Origin: a virus
Taxonomy: Duplodnaviria > Caudoviricetes
Virus record (IMG/VR): IMGVR_UViG_3300012344_000011
Coordinates: 75,825-139,824 of that record
Reading direction: 5' to 3' (one strand)
DNA: 64,000 bases
The translations under genes and the position numbers were made by a program. Positions 55,831 through 64,000 of the stretch are shown here, piece after piece (positions within the stretch are counted from its first letter, which is position 1; every line of letters starts with the position of its first letter). The notes below the pieces were generated by a model. It did not search any database and had not been told where the DNA came from. It was given only the letters and a program-made list of their open reading frames with translations.

Positions 55831-55888
55831 AACTCAATTTCAGTAAAAACAGGACACACCACGTGAAGGTATTGAGTCAAAGTGTCCC
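55831..55888 (-). ncRNA. Minimal HDV-like (theta) ribozyme at the tRNA-Ser 3' end
   Basis: P1 GGGACAC/GTGTCCT, P2 GACTCAAT/ATTGAGTT, P3 ACC-TTCACGT-GGT, J4/2 CTGAA. Confidence 0.85.
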
Positions 55889-55889
55889 G

Positions 55890-55975
55890 CAGAATCTACC
55901 AGAATCGAACTGGCACTAGGTTATTCACCTAGGAAAGCTTAGCAGGCTTCTGCGCTACCATTACGCCAAGATTCC
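55890..55975 (-). tRNA. tRNA-Ser(GCT), no complete encoded CCA
   Basis: GAAGC-CTGCTAA-GCTTT, long variable arm CTAGGT/ACCTAG, G73. Confidence 0.9.
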
Positions 55976-55982
55976 ATTTAGC

Positions 55983-56069
55983 TGGTGCAAGCAAAGAGAT
56001 TCGAACTCTCAATCCACAACGGGCGCTTGATTTTGAGTCAAGATTGTATGCCAATTCCAACACGCTTGC
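55983..56069 (-). tRNA. tRNA-Leu(CAA)
   Basis: CTTGA-CTCAAAA-TCAAG, long variable arm, ACCA. Confidence 0.92.
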
Positions 56070-56210
56070 ATAATTATATTATACCATATTTACATAGCTG
56101 CTGTCAACCACTTTCTCTTGGAGGGAATGAATTTTAACTTTCATTCTTCCCTTACTGACAAATATATATTATATCATATTTACATAACTATCGTCAATAA
56201 GTATTTTATA

Positions 56211-56285
56211 TGGTGGTTCTGAGAAGAGTTGAACTTCTGTTTAGCGCTTATCAGGCGCTTGTACTAACCATTATACGACAGAACC
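56211..56285 (-). tRNA. tRNA-Ile(GAT)
   Basis: AGCGC-CTGATAA-GCGCT, ACCA. Confidence 0.92.
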
Positions 56286-56377
56286 AAAGGCTGAAGCACT
56301 TTAGTGACTCAGACATTGTGCTTCATATATACTTAGCTGCTTTTGAGTCTTATCGAACAAGTATGCAGCAACCTTGT

Positions 56378-56455
56378 TGGTGTCCCTGGCAGGATTCGAA
56401 CCTGCGCCCCACTGTTTAGAAGACAGTAGCTCTAATTCCACTGAGCTACAGGGAC
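56378..56455 (-). tRNA. tRNA-Arg(TCT)
   Basis: ACTGT-CTTCTAA-ACAGT, GCAGG-TTCGAAT-CCTGC, ACCA. Confidence 0.93.
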
Positions 56456-56556
56456 TTAATAATAATATTATAATATATTTTTTATTCTTTTGTCAAGAAA
56501 TTTTCTTTATAAAAACTTAATACATCAAGACCAAGAGAATCATCTAAAATCATATC

Positions 56557-57114
56557 TCAAGCATTCTTGCGGGCAGCTGCTCTATTTATAGTCTCTCGAT
56601 GAATAGACTGTATCTTAGATACAGCACCATTCTTTATAAGAGTCTTTAGAGAAATTGGCTTATAACCAATTACATTTGCCGCAAAATTCTTATGATAGCG
56701 ATCGTTTTTCTGCCATTGAGAATGATCATGTCCATGAAAATTCACAACAAAATCAAGTCCCTGAATAGGCTCGTGAGAAAGAAGAATCTTCTCTGCGATC
56801 ATAAGAGGTCCATCATAAACTTCATCAAAGACTTCAAGATACTTAGCCTTGGCTTCATCATCATGATTACCCTTGATCAATACCTTGTAAGCCTTAATTC
56901 GCTTTGCTACTTCAAGATCACCAACATCACCCAATAGAACAAGAGTATCATTCTTATGAGCAATTTTGTTTATGATAGCAAGCTGCTGTTCTGCGGGAAT
57001 CCAGTTCTTGTCCATCAACTTACAGTCCGCATCATTGAAATGCGTATCAGAGAAGATGTAAACAGAACCCTTTTCAGCCCACTTCTGAAACGGTGCATAT
57101 AACATATCAATCAC
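56557..57114 (-). CDS. Calcineurin-like metallophosphoesterase
   Basis: SDTHF, LGDVG, KGNHD, SHEP, HGHDH; start position approximate. Confidence 0.85.
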   Translation of the reverse strand: MIDMLYAPFQKWAEKGSVYIFSDTHFNDADCKLMDKNWIPAEQQLAIINKIAHKNDTLVLLGDVGDLEVAKRIKAYKVLIKGNHDDEAKAKYLEVFDEVYDGPLMIAEKILLSHEPIQGLDFVVNFHGHDHSQWQKNDRYHKNFAANVIGYKPISLKTLIKNGAVSKIQSIHRETINRAAARKNA

Positions 57115-57140
57115 ATTTACATCTTCTCCAATCAAAATAA

Positions 57141-57476
57141 TTAGGCTAGGCAATCAATATGATGACGCAAGAACGCACGATTCATATCACCCATTACTAC
57201 CATTTCAACAGTATCGAAACGAATTTGACCAGTAATTCCCATACCAGTCTTGTTAAGATAATCAAAAGCTTCCTTCTCTAGAACACCACGAAGCTGCTTC
57301 TCAGAATCAGTTTCACTCATTTCGTCTACAAAACGAATGCGAATAAAGACAAGTTGATCATCGTCATAAGCAACTGCATCAATATTCTCACTTACAACCT
57401 TGTCAACGATTTCATATCCACGCTTCTCAAGAAAAGTAATCGCCGTGCGCAAACCCCTAGAATAAAGATTTTCCAT
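57141..57476 (-). CDS. YraN/UPF0102-like nuclease-fold protein, catalytic ExK lost
   Basis: FLEKRGYEIV..IDAVAYDDDQLVFIRIR..IRFDTV..RAFLRHHI. Confidence 0.65.
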   Translation of the reverse strand: MENLYSRGLRTAITFLEKRGYEIVDKVVSENIDAVAYDDDQLVFIRIRFVDEMSETDSEKQLRGVLEKEAFDYLNKTGMGITGQIRFDTVEMVVMGDMNRAFLRHHIDCLA

Positions 57477-57544
57477 ATTCTCTTCTTTCTCTTGTCTCTC
57501 AACCTTATACTAATATTATAACATAATTATTAGTCTGTTATCAA

Positions 57545-57901
57545 CTAAAACTCTTCAACCATATGGCATAAACATTTTTTCTCAGATTTATAACAATATT
57601 GTAACAGTTCTATAATCTTGCGGTCATGCATGTCTCCGTTCCAAAAGACAATAACAGCGTCTGCGGCATCCACCATTTCTTCATAACAAACAGAAACAGC
57701 TTTCTTACCAAAGATATTCCAATTAGGTTCAAAAACCAAACACTCTAATCTATTTGTTTTTGCCCATTTTTCTACCATATCATTTACAGTAGAAGTAATG
57801 ATAGCGCCGCAATGATTGGGATTAATAAATACAGAAAAATCTATAGACGAAAGATTATCACTATATATCACTGTTACTATTGGTTTTTGACTAAAAGGCA
57901 T
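57545..57901 (-). CDS. SLOG-family (YspA/DUF2493-like) protein
   Basis: EKWAK..FEPNWNIFGKKA....EMVDAADAVIVFWNG. Confidence 0.6.
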   Translation of the reverse strand: MPFSQKPIVTVIYSDNLSSIDFSVFINPNHCGAIITSTVNDMVEKWAKTNRLECLVFEPNWNIFGKKAVSVCYEEMVDAADAVIVFWNGDMHDRKIIELLQYCYKSEKKCLCHMVEEF

Positions 57902-58112
57902 GGGACGGTTCCATCTCAAGACGCATGTCGTCTTTAACTTCTCTAAAAGTTTTTCCAGTAATAGCACTAAATATATAAATTGCCGTTCCAAGACTACCAA
58001 AAAATTCATCGTCATTAAGGTCAGCTTCCATTAAATCCTTAGAAATATATGGCATTAATGTCTCATAAATGGTATTTGCAACATAATCATATTGCTCTTC
58101 TGTTATTTGCAT
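57891..58112 (-). CDS. Small hypothetical protein with a tandem paralog upstream
   Basis: AGGAG RBS; MQITEEQYDYVANTIYETLMP. Confidence 0.6.
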   Translation of the reverse strand: MQITEEQYDYVANTIYETLMPYISKDLMEADLNDDEFFGSLGTAIYIFSAITGKTFREVKDDMRLEMEPSHAF

Positions 58113-58155
58113 AAAATCTCCTGAACTTTGTAATTATCACCATTGCGATTGGTTT

Positions 58156-58395
58156 TTAATTATGAATCCATTTAGAAACTATATTTTTCATAAGTTCATC
58201 AGACATATCTTTCATAATTTCATCATAAGTTTTTCCAGTAATAACATTGAACATATAAATTGTCGTTCCAAGGCCAGCGTTATATTCCTGGTCACTAATA
58301 TTAGCTTTTGTTAGACGACCTAAGACACGCGGCATTAACGTTTCATAAATAGTCTCTGCTGCACAATCATATTGTTATTCTGTTATCCCCATCAT
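58156..58395 (-). pseudogene. Tandem paralog of 57891..58112 with a nonsense TAA at codon 7
   Basis: MMGITE*QYDCAAETIYETLMP..LGTTIYMFNVITGKTY. Confidence 0.7.
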
Positions 58396-58405
58396 ATAAT
58401 TTCTC

Positions 58406-59131
58406 CTAAACCTTATAAAGAACATTATAAAGACCAATCATGCGGCTGTCAAGATCCTCAGACCACTGTTGATCAAAATGCATATGACCGTGTACCCAAA
58501 CATCAAAGTCCAACTCTTTACGAAGAATCTCAAGATACTTTTCACCGCAAGTTCGTATATAACGATCAAGGAGGAAAGGCAACATTTCTTTGACCAAAAC
58601 AGGTGCTTCGTGAGTAACAATCAGATCAAAATGTTCTTTATCATGCTCTGCCATAAAATCAAGACACGCATCAATGTTGACTACTTCTTGCGGCCACCAG
58701 TTGATTCCTTCAGTGCGCCATTTCTTATCATGACTCTCCGCACCATTGATACACAAAATATGTTTACCATCAATATCAAGCGTAGCAATAGTGTCTATAA
58801 TATAGATATTCTCAAAAGTAGTACCCATATAAGTGCATTGCCACATAGTACCACTATTCAAAAAATCAGGAGTACAATGCGGCATAGCTTCATAAATAGG
58901 ATAGCACTCGTGATTACCAAGCACAACAATAGTTTTCCAAGGCTTAGAATTTAGCCAATTCAAACGATAGTAATCCTCTTCACTATCACCGTGCCAGTCC
59001 CAGATAACACCAAAGTCACCTGCAATAATAACATAATCTTCAGAAGTTAGCTTTCGCATTTCCGGACTCTGGTTATAAGAGAAAGCTTCAAAGACTTCCC
59101 CGTGAATATCTCCATGACAATAAATTGCCAT
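58406..59131 (-). CDS. Calcineurin-like metallophosphoesterase
   Basis: GDIHG, AGDFG, LGNHE, THEAP, HGHMH. Confidence 0.88.
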   Translation of the reverse strand: MAIYCHGDIHGEVFEAFSYNQSPEMRKLTSEDYVIIAGDFGVIWDWHGDSEEDYYRLNWLNSKPWKTIVVLGNHECYPIYEAMPHCTPDFLNSGTMWQCTYMGTTFENIYIIDTIATLDIDGKHILCINGAESHDKKWRTEGINWWPQEVVNIDACLDFMAEHDKEHFDLIVTHEAPVLVKEMLPFLLDRYIRTCGEKYLEILRKELDFDVWVHGHMHFDQQWSEDLDSRMIGLYNVLYKV

Positions 59132-59148
59132 TTTTACCTCCAATTGTA

Positions 59149-59364
59149 TTATACAAAAAAACTTTCTTCGCCACTAGTTGCGAAATCTTCACAGACCTGT
59201 TGAAACTGGCTGTCAAGATAAGTTGCACACATCCAAGCACGATAAATAGCTTCAAATGCTTCATGAATACTAGCTTCAGGAGCAACTTTAATAGTAATAT
59301 CAGTATCTTTCATATCATCAAAAATCAACTTAATCATTTCAATTTCCTTATCTCTCAACTTCAT
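59149..59364 (-). CDS. Small hypothetical protein
   Basis: ORF downstream of a consensus promoter; start uncertain. Confidence 0.45.
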   Translation of the reverse strand: MKLRDKEIEMIKLIFDDMKDTDITIKVAPEASIHEAFEAIYRAWMCATYLDSQFQQVCEDFATSGEESFFV

Positions 59365-59488
59365 TAATAATATTATAGCATATTTATTGCTCATTTGTCA
59401 ATCAAAACATTTTATAATATTATTCTAAAAATTTTATCTTCTCAACCCTTCTTTTATAATTATACAATTTTTTATATTTTTGTCAAAT

Positions 59489-59523
59489 AAAAATAAGGGA
59501 GACTACTATAAAGTAATCTCCCC
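59489..59523 (-). terminator. Terminator of the tail-fibre operon
   Basis: GGGAGATTA..TAGTCTCCC-TTATTTTT. Confidence 0.7.
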
Positions 59524-59529
59524 AAAATT

Positions 59530-59634
59530 CTAGCTTGCGGCTAATAGCTTAGCCGTAGCTTCCCTCCAACGATCAGGAACTTCATCAATAGTCATTTTCC
59601 CAATCTTGATTCTATAAGCGTAAATTTTTGCCAT
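59530..59634 (-). CDS. CD1375/XkdX-like 34-aa protein, absent from the ORF track
   Basis: MAKIYAYRIKIGKMTIDEVPDRWREATAKLLAAS. Confidence 0.75.
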   Translation of the reverse strand: MAKIYAYRIKIGKMTIDEVPDRWREATAKLLAAS

Positions 59635-59635
59635 A

Positions 59636-59878
59636 TTACACTCCTTTTGCGGCAACTAGCTCACCAAGCTCAGCAACCGCATCTACAATATCGTTGATCA
59701 TAGTTTTTTGCTCTTCAAAATCTACTGGAAGATTATGAAGAAAATCTCTTTGCTGCTTGATCGCAATATCGCCTTTACGAATTTGACTTACTACAATGTC
59801 TGTTTCATCGTTATAATCAAATTCTTGAACTTTAGTTGTTCCATCAGGATAAGTCATTACAACTTTGATTGTTTCCAT
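59636..59878 (-). CDS. Putative tail fibre assembly protein
   Basis: C-terminal DIVDAVAELGELV helix before the CD1375-like gene. Confidence 0.55.
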   Translation of the reverse strand: METIKVVMTYPDGTTKVQEFDYNDETDIVVSQIRKGDIAIKQQRDFLHNLPVDFEEQKTMINDIVDAVAELGELVAAKGV

Positions 59879-59897
59879 AAGCTATTTCCTCCAATCT

Positions 59898-62867
59898 TTA
59901 TTTCTTCCAATAGGTCGAACTTTTATATCGTCCATTACTGTCTGTTACATATATATGTAAATCAGTATCATGTAACTGTCCCGCACTATCACTAACATAA
60001 ACAACATTTTGAACAGGGTTACCAGTTGCATCAAATAACGCAAAGTCAAAACACGCAGGTTTCTCATAATCATTCTTTGCTTCTGTTGGACTAGCACTAA
60101 AATTCTTATTGAAATAGTTATTTTTCTTTGCCTTTACTATAAGAGTAATAGACGTATCAATCATTGCTTTTGTTATAAGACAAGTATTTGTTGTACTTGC
60201 AACAGTCGGAGGCCTATTTTGAGATAGTCTATACTCCCAAGTATAAGTCAATGTAGCATTATTAGGATTACTAACAACAGCTGTTAGAATTTGTCCAACA
60301 ACATTCTTACCACTAATACTTGCACTACCAGTCAAAGTACCTTTGTTTAGTATAACAGGAATGGTAATTGATGCCGCATTACAGTTATTTGTTGCGGGCA
60401 CAGATACAAGAAGTTCACTCTCTGTACCATAAGTAATACCAGTTATCTTAAAGCCAATATCAGTATTTGCGGGTGCATTATTATCTATTACTTCAACACT
60501 AAAGTTTGCAGTATTTTTACTGGTAGCAGATACTCCACCAGGATTTTGTGCACAATGAGCATAGAAAACAAAAGAAGTTGTCGGATAAGTCATTGTAATG
60601 GATGAAATACTTTCTCCACCAGATGATCGCAATTCAATAACAGAATCTGCTTTATTGATGGTTACTTTGCTAAAATAAGTAGGTGAAATAGCATTATATT
60701 CAGTAGTACTATCACACTTATACCAAACATAATAATCTGCGGCTTCACTTACAGTAAGTTCTTCTACTGTTTCAAACCACCCAATAGTAGGTTGTGTTGT
60801 AGAGCTAGCAGAAAGAGAGAAATAAACTTTGCCGTTTCCAGTGTGAGTATAAGAATTTATTACCTGATGTTTAGCTCCATCATAAGTAATATTACTCATC
60901 AGACTAAGCGTAACTTTTTGCGTTCCTTTTCCAATAGAAGTAGATAAGTATCCTTGTCCTGGCGCATAAGTAGCATTTCCCGCAGTCTTCCACCATACAT
61001 AATAAGTACCAACATTCTTGGCAGTTACATTAGAATAAGTAACCCAAGTAGAAGGTGCGGTTGATGCGCTCGTAGTTACACCAGCTGTAACTGCACCATA
61101 CGTAGTAACAACGGTGCTAGAATTGATTAATTGCTGATTACTTCCAGTATATTTTAGTCCAGTTTTTACACTAAATGGCGCAACAGCATCTTTTCTAACA
61201 GCTATAGTAAAGTTTCTTTCAATTTTAAAGAATCTTCCTGTAGAAGGATATGTCATTGTAACGGTAGTAGTCTTTGCGGTGCTTGTGCTAGTTGCGGCAG
61301 CCATCACTTTACCGTCACTTGACACTGAAACAGTTGCTACGTTAGCTGTGCCATAAGTAATCGTTGGGTCAACATTCTTGATATAAAAACTAAGACGATC
61401 TTTCTGAGCAGAAACATAAGCGAATCTAATATACTTTGCGCCTGTTGGAGCAGTTGCAATAATCTTGCTACCAGCCGCAACGCCATTCACGTGAATTGTT
61501 CTCTTGCTATTGGCTGTAGTAGAGTCATATACAATATTACCGCTATCATCATAAGCAACACACTGTAGCCAACCACTATAAGCATTTGCGGCAGAACATT
61601 GAACTTCTATTTTCTCACCTGCGAAGCAAGGAATTCTTTGAGAGATACAATATCCAGTTGTATCATTAGTCTCCCCCGCGCCCTTTTTATAATATGTACC
61701 ATTAGTACCATATCTTGTTTTTAGAACACTATTAGTCATACTAATAGGAATGCTCATATCTTTGACAATACCAATTTGTTTAGAACTACTTTTTGGCGTA
61801 AGGTAGTATGTAGTATTGCTTTGTACTGTATTAGATGGAGACAAAAGTTCTGCCTTTAGAGTAATATTTTCAGCCATTCTTGGAAACAATATATTTCCAA
61901 GTTCAGCTTGATTAGAAAAAGTATTATCGCCGCAATCTTCATTTACACCAGAGAGGTATTGCTTTACAGTATTATTGTTACTATCCTTCTTATTGACATA
62001 CCAACCCGCGAATATCTTACCAGTTGGTGCTATTGGATTTGCGAAGCTTTTTCCATATAAAACATTATAACTTGTTGGATTAGAACTATTATTAGTTGCT
62101 CCGTTTAGATTATAAGAAATAGTATAAGAAACTGGATCGTATCTAAATTCAAAACCAGCGTCACTTGTTCCTTGTGTGTAAGTTGTTCCTAACGCCTTAT
62201 CCGCAGCAGCACCATAGTCATGATATGAATTTCTTAATTGAAAACCTTTTAGATTTTGAATACTAATGGCTAAACTAGAGTCAATTTTTCTAGACTGTCC
62301 TTTTTTAAGAGTAAAGCTAGTTGTATTTAGCTGGAAAGCCGTTTTATTCCAGTTATTACCTTCATTTTTTTCAAAACCAAAAGCATAGTGATCAATGGTT
62401 TTTACATATGAAGTATTAGACTTCGCAGGAATTGTCAATCCAAAAGAAATATCATTATCACCCACATTACCATAAAAATAGTTATAAGCATTATGATAAT
62501 AAATTCTATAAACAATAGTTTTATCTGTTGATTCTCTTTGATAAGTTCTTGTTCCAAAGTCGTCAATTTTAAAAGTACCTGCGGTTGGTGCTGATTCATA
62601 GTTATAAAATGAATCTATAATCCAAGAACCTTCGTCTCCAGAAGGTTCAGTCAAAGTTTCTTCAAAATATCCACCATAGTTATTTGTTGGATAACTTGAA
62701 TCACCTTTATCATAACGATAAATAATAGGTGTAATTTTGACAGTATCAGCGGTTATTTCTTCTTGCCAGTCAATGCCAAAAGCTAAGCAGCATTCAGAGC
62801 CATCTTCCAAATAATATCCGCTATCATCTAATGCACCATATGGTGCAGCAGAATACCAAGCACTCAT
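59898..62867 (-). CDS. Host-recognition/fibre protein with InlB B-repeat, Ig-like and MBG-like domains
   Basis: YTISYNLNGATN..NPTSY..GKIFAGWY; NVATVSVSSDGKV; LKYTGSNQQLI and ITYDGAKHQVI repeats. Confidence 0.7.
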   Translation of the reverse strand: MSAWYSAAPYGALDDSGYYLEDGSECCLAFGIDWQEEITADTVKITPIIYRYDKGDSSYPTNNYGGYFEETLTEPSGDEGSWIIDSFYNYESAPTAGTFKIDDFGTRTYQRESTDKTIVYRIYYHNAYNYFYGNVGDNDISFGLTIPAKSNTSYVKTIDHYAFGFEKNEGNNWNKTAFQLNTTSFTLKKGQSRKIDSSLAISIQNLKGFQLRNSYHDYGAAADKALGTTYTQGTSDAGFEFRYDPVSYTISYNLNGATNNSSNPTSYNVLYGKSFANPIAPTGKIFAGWYVNKKDSNNNTVKQYLSGVNEDCGDNTFSNQAELGNILFPRMAENITLKAELLSPSNTVQSNTTYYLTPKSSSKQIGIVKDMSIPISMTNSVLKTRYGTNGTYYKKGAGETNDTTGYCISQRIPCFAGEKIEVQCSAANAYSGWLQCVAYDDSGNIVYDSTTANSKRTIHVNGVAAGSKIIATAPTGAKYIRFAYVSAQKDRLSFYIKNVDPTITYGTANVATVSVSSDGKVMAAATSTSTAKTTTVTMTYPSTGRFFKIERNFTIAVRKDAVAPFSVKTGLKYTGSNQQLINSSTVVTTYGAVTAGVTTSASTAPSTWVTYSNVTAKNVGTYYVWWKTAGNATYAPGQGYLSTSIGKGTQKVTLSLMSNITYDGAKHQVINSYTHTGNGKVYFSLSASSTTQPTIGWFETVEELTVSEAADYYVWYKCDSTTEYNAISPTYFSKVTINKADSVIELRSSGGESISSITMTYPTTSFVFYAHCAQNPGGVSATSKNTANFSVEVIDNNAPANTDIGFKITGITYGTESELLVSVPATNNCNAASITIPVILNKGTLTGSASISGKNVVGQILTAVVSNPNNATLTYTWEYRLSQNRPPTVASTTNTCLITKAMIDTSITLIVKAKKNNYFNKNFSASPTEAKNDYEKPACFDFALFDATGNPVQNVVYVSDSAGQLHDTDLHIYVTDSNGRYKSSTYWKK

Positions 62868-62914
62868 AAATTACACCTCCTCAAAATTCAAAATTATTTT
62901 CATATATATCGCTC

Positions 62915-63076
62915 CTAAACAGTCACGATATAAATTGTGTTCGGGTCTGGCGTTGAAGGTTTTGCAGAAACAATTTTTATTGGGAGGACTTCATTTCCAT
63001 TTATTTGCATAGACCCAAATACTTTTACATTGATTTCATTGGTTGTTTCTTTTCCAATATTCAAATCTGTTGCCAT
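62915..63076 (-). CDS. Small fibre-associated protein, 53 aa
   Basis: ATG overlaps the upstream TAA; ends PSTPDPNTIYIVTV. Confidence 0.55.
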   Translation of the reverse strand: MATDLNIGKETTNEINVKVFGSMQINGNEVLPIKIVSAKPSTPDPNTIYIVTV

Positions 63077-63324
63077 TAATTATCACCTTCTACCCATACA
63101 TTCCCAGAACTATCTACTTTCCATATATATTTTATTCCATCAATCTTAAGCCAAAAAGTACTCGTACCAGTGGAGGGGATAGGAATTTCTATCCCCGGCA
63201 CATTTACAGTAATTTCAATATCTTTATCTGAATACTTGTTAGCAACATTGAAGGTATATACTTGAGTAGGTTTTTCCTGAGAGATGCTTTCCTCCCACTT
63301 TGTTTTTCTTTGTAAAAAACCCAT
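63076..63324 (-). CDS. Small fibre-associated protein
   Basis: 82 aa, GGAGG RBS. Confidence 0.55.
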   Translation of the reverse strand: MGFLQRKTKWEESISQEKPTQVYTFNVANKYSDKDIEITVNVPGIEIPIPSTGTSTFWLKIDGIKYIWKVDSSGNVWVEGDN

Positions 63325-63349
63325 TTTTAATATCCTCCAATATCATTGA

Positions 63350-64000
63350 TTATGCTAAAGTATAACTACCAGTATATGCGGCAAGACCAAATGTCACATT
63401 GCCAGTTGAAATAGTACTAGGCGTTCCTTCAATTATACCAGCTTCAATATAACCAGCAGTCTTTGTAATAGTATGAGCAATTTGACCAGAAGCAGAAGTA
63501 GAAAGTTTTACTGTACCAGTCGTTCCATCATAAGAGCCAGCTACTACAGAAGGAGCAGTAATACCAAGAGTAGAGCTATCTTTAATAACACAAGATACAG
63601 CACCAGCATTGATAACAGCAGTACCAGAAGCACTTACAGGTGCGGAAGCAACAGTATCATCAACCTTGACAAAACCTTTAGTTGTGATCTTACCGCCAAT
63701 AGAAGCGCTACCAGACATGGCAATTTCATATTTGCCACTAGTATTATTCTTCTTGATGGTAGAACCAGTAACAGTAATGCTACCGCTATTGACGGCAGCT
63801 ACACCAGTACCAACTAAAGCAGGAGCTTGTGCATCAGTAACAGTTACAGGATAGTAAGAAGTAGCGGAATTTGAAGTTGTCGTGCCAGCCGCGACCCAGC
63901 CATCACCAGTACTTACCTTACCAGAACCAGTCATTGTAACATAAGCACCACTAGTAGGTTTAGTCGTAACAGCTGCCCCAAAAGTAACACCAGTAGCAGA
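63350..64000 (-). CDS. Thr/Gly/Ser/Ala-rich tail fibre-like protein, 5' end beyond window
   Basis: Frame open to the window edge; beta-rich repeats. Confidence 0.65.
   Translation of the reverse strand, partial: SATGVTFGAAVTTKPTSGAYVTMTGSGKVSTGDGWVAAGTTTSNSATSYYPVTVTDAQAPALVGTGVAAVNSGSITVTGSTIKKNNTSGKYEIAMSGSASIGGKITTKGFVKVDDTVASAPVSASGTAVINAGAVSCVIKDSSTLGITAPSVVAGSYDGTTGTVKLSTSASGQIAHTITKTAGYIEAGIIEGTPSTISTGNVTFGLAAYTGSYTLA

Noticed and set aside
2682-63854. Numerous plus-strand ORFs opposite minus-strand genes (e.g. 7512, 10254, 25128, 47041, 48188, 58469) and ORFs over tRNAs (54504, 54782, 56210)
   Set aside because: Antisense shadows with no RBS or recognisable motifs.

Overview
Segment of a large AT-rich tailed dsDNA phage with SPbeta/c-st-like virion gene order, probably from a gut host. 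(i) 1-33.7 kb, minus strand: morphogenesis module with small and large terminase, portal, protease/scaffold, capsid, neck/tail genes, a ~3046-aa tape measure and a baseplate/tail protein. It looks fragmented in the standard-code ORF track only because TGA is read as Trp: I found 22 in-frame TGAs, several at conserved Trp positions, and every real stop is TAA or TAG. Five group I introns interrupt terL (3), a head-tail connector and the tail tube gene. (ii) 33.9-46.7 kb: repeat- and promoter-rich region with short early genes, 7-bp and 11-bp arrays, operators, DnaA-box-like clusters, four wHTH paralogs and a probable iteron origin. (iii) 46.7-59.4 kb: RNA-centred accessory region. It holds a Ro60/TROVE gene directly preceded by five tandem Y-RNA-like units (two are permuted tRNA mimics), a cyclic-phosphate-processing receiver protein and seven tRNAs (one split by a group I intron). 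It also has two HDV-like theta ribozymes at tRNA 3' ends, unexplained pseudoknotted RNAs, an R-M-like pair and phosphoesterases. (iv) 59.5-64 kb: tail fibre/Ig-domain genes. No UCA suppressor tRNA is visible in this window. All calls come from manual reading and motif recognition; no database searches were run.
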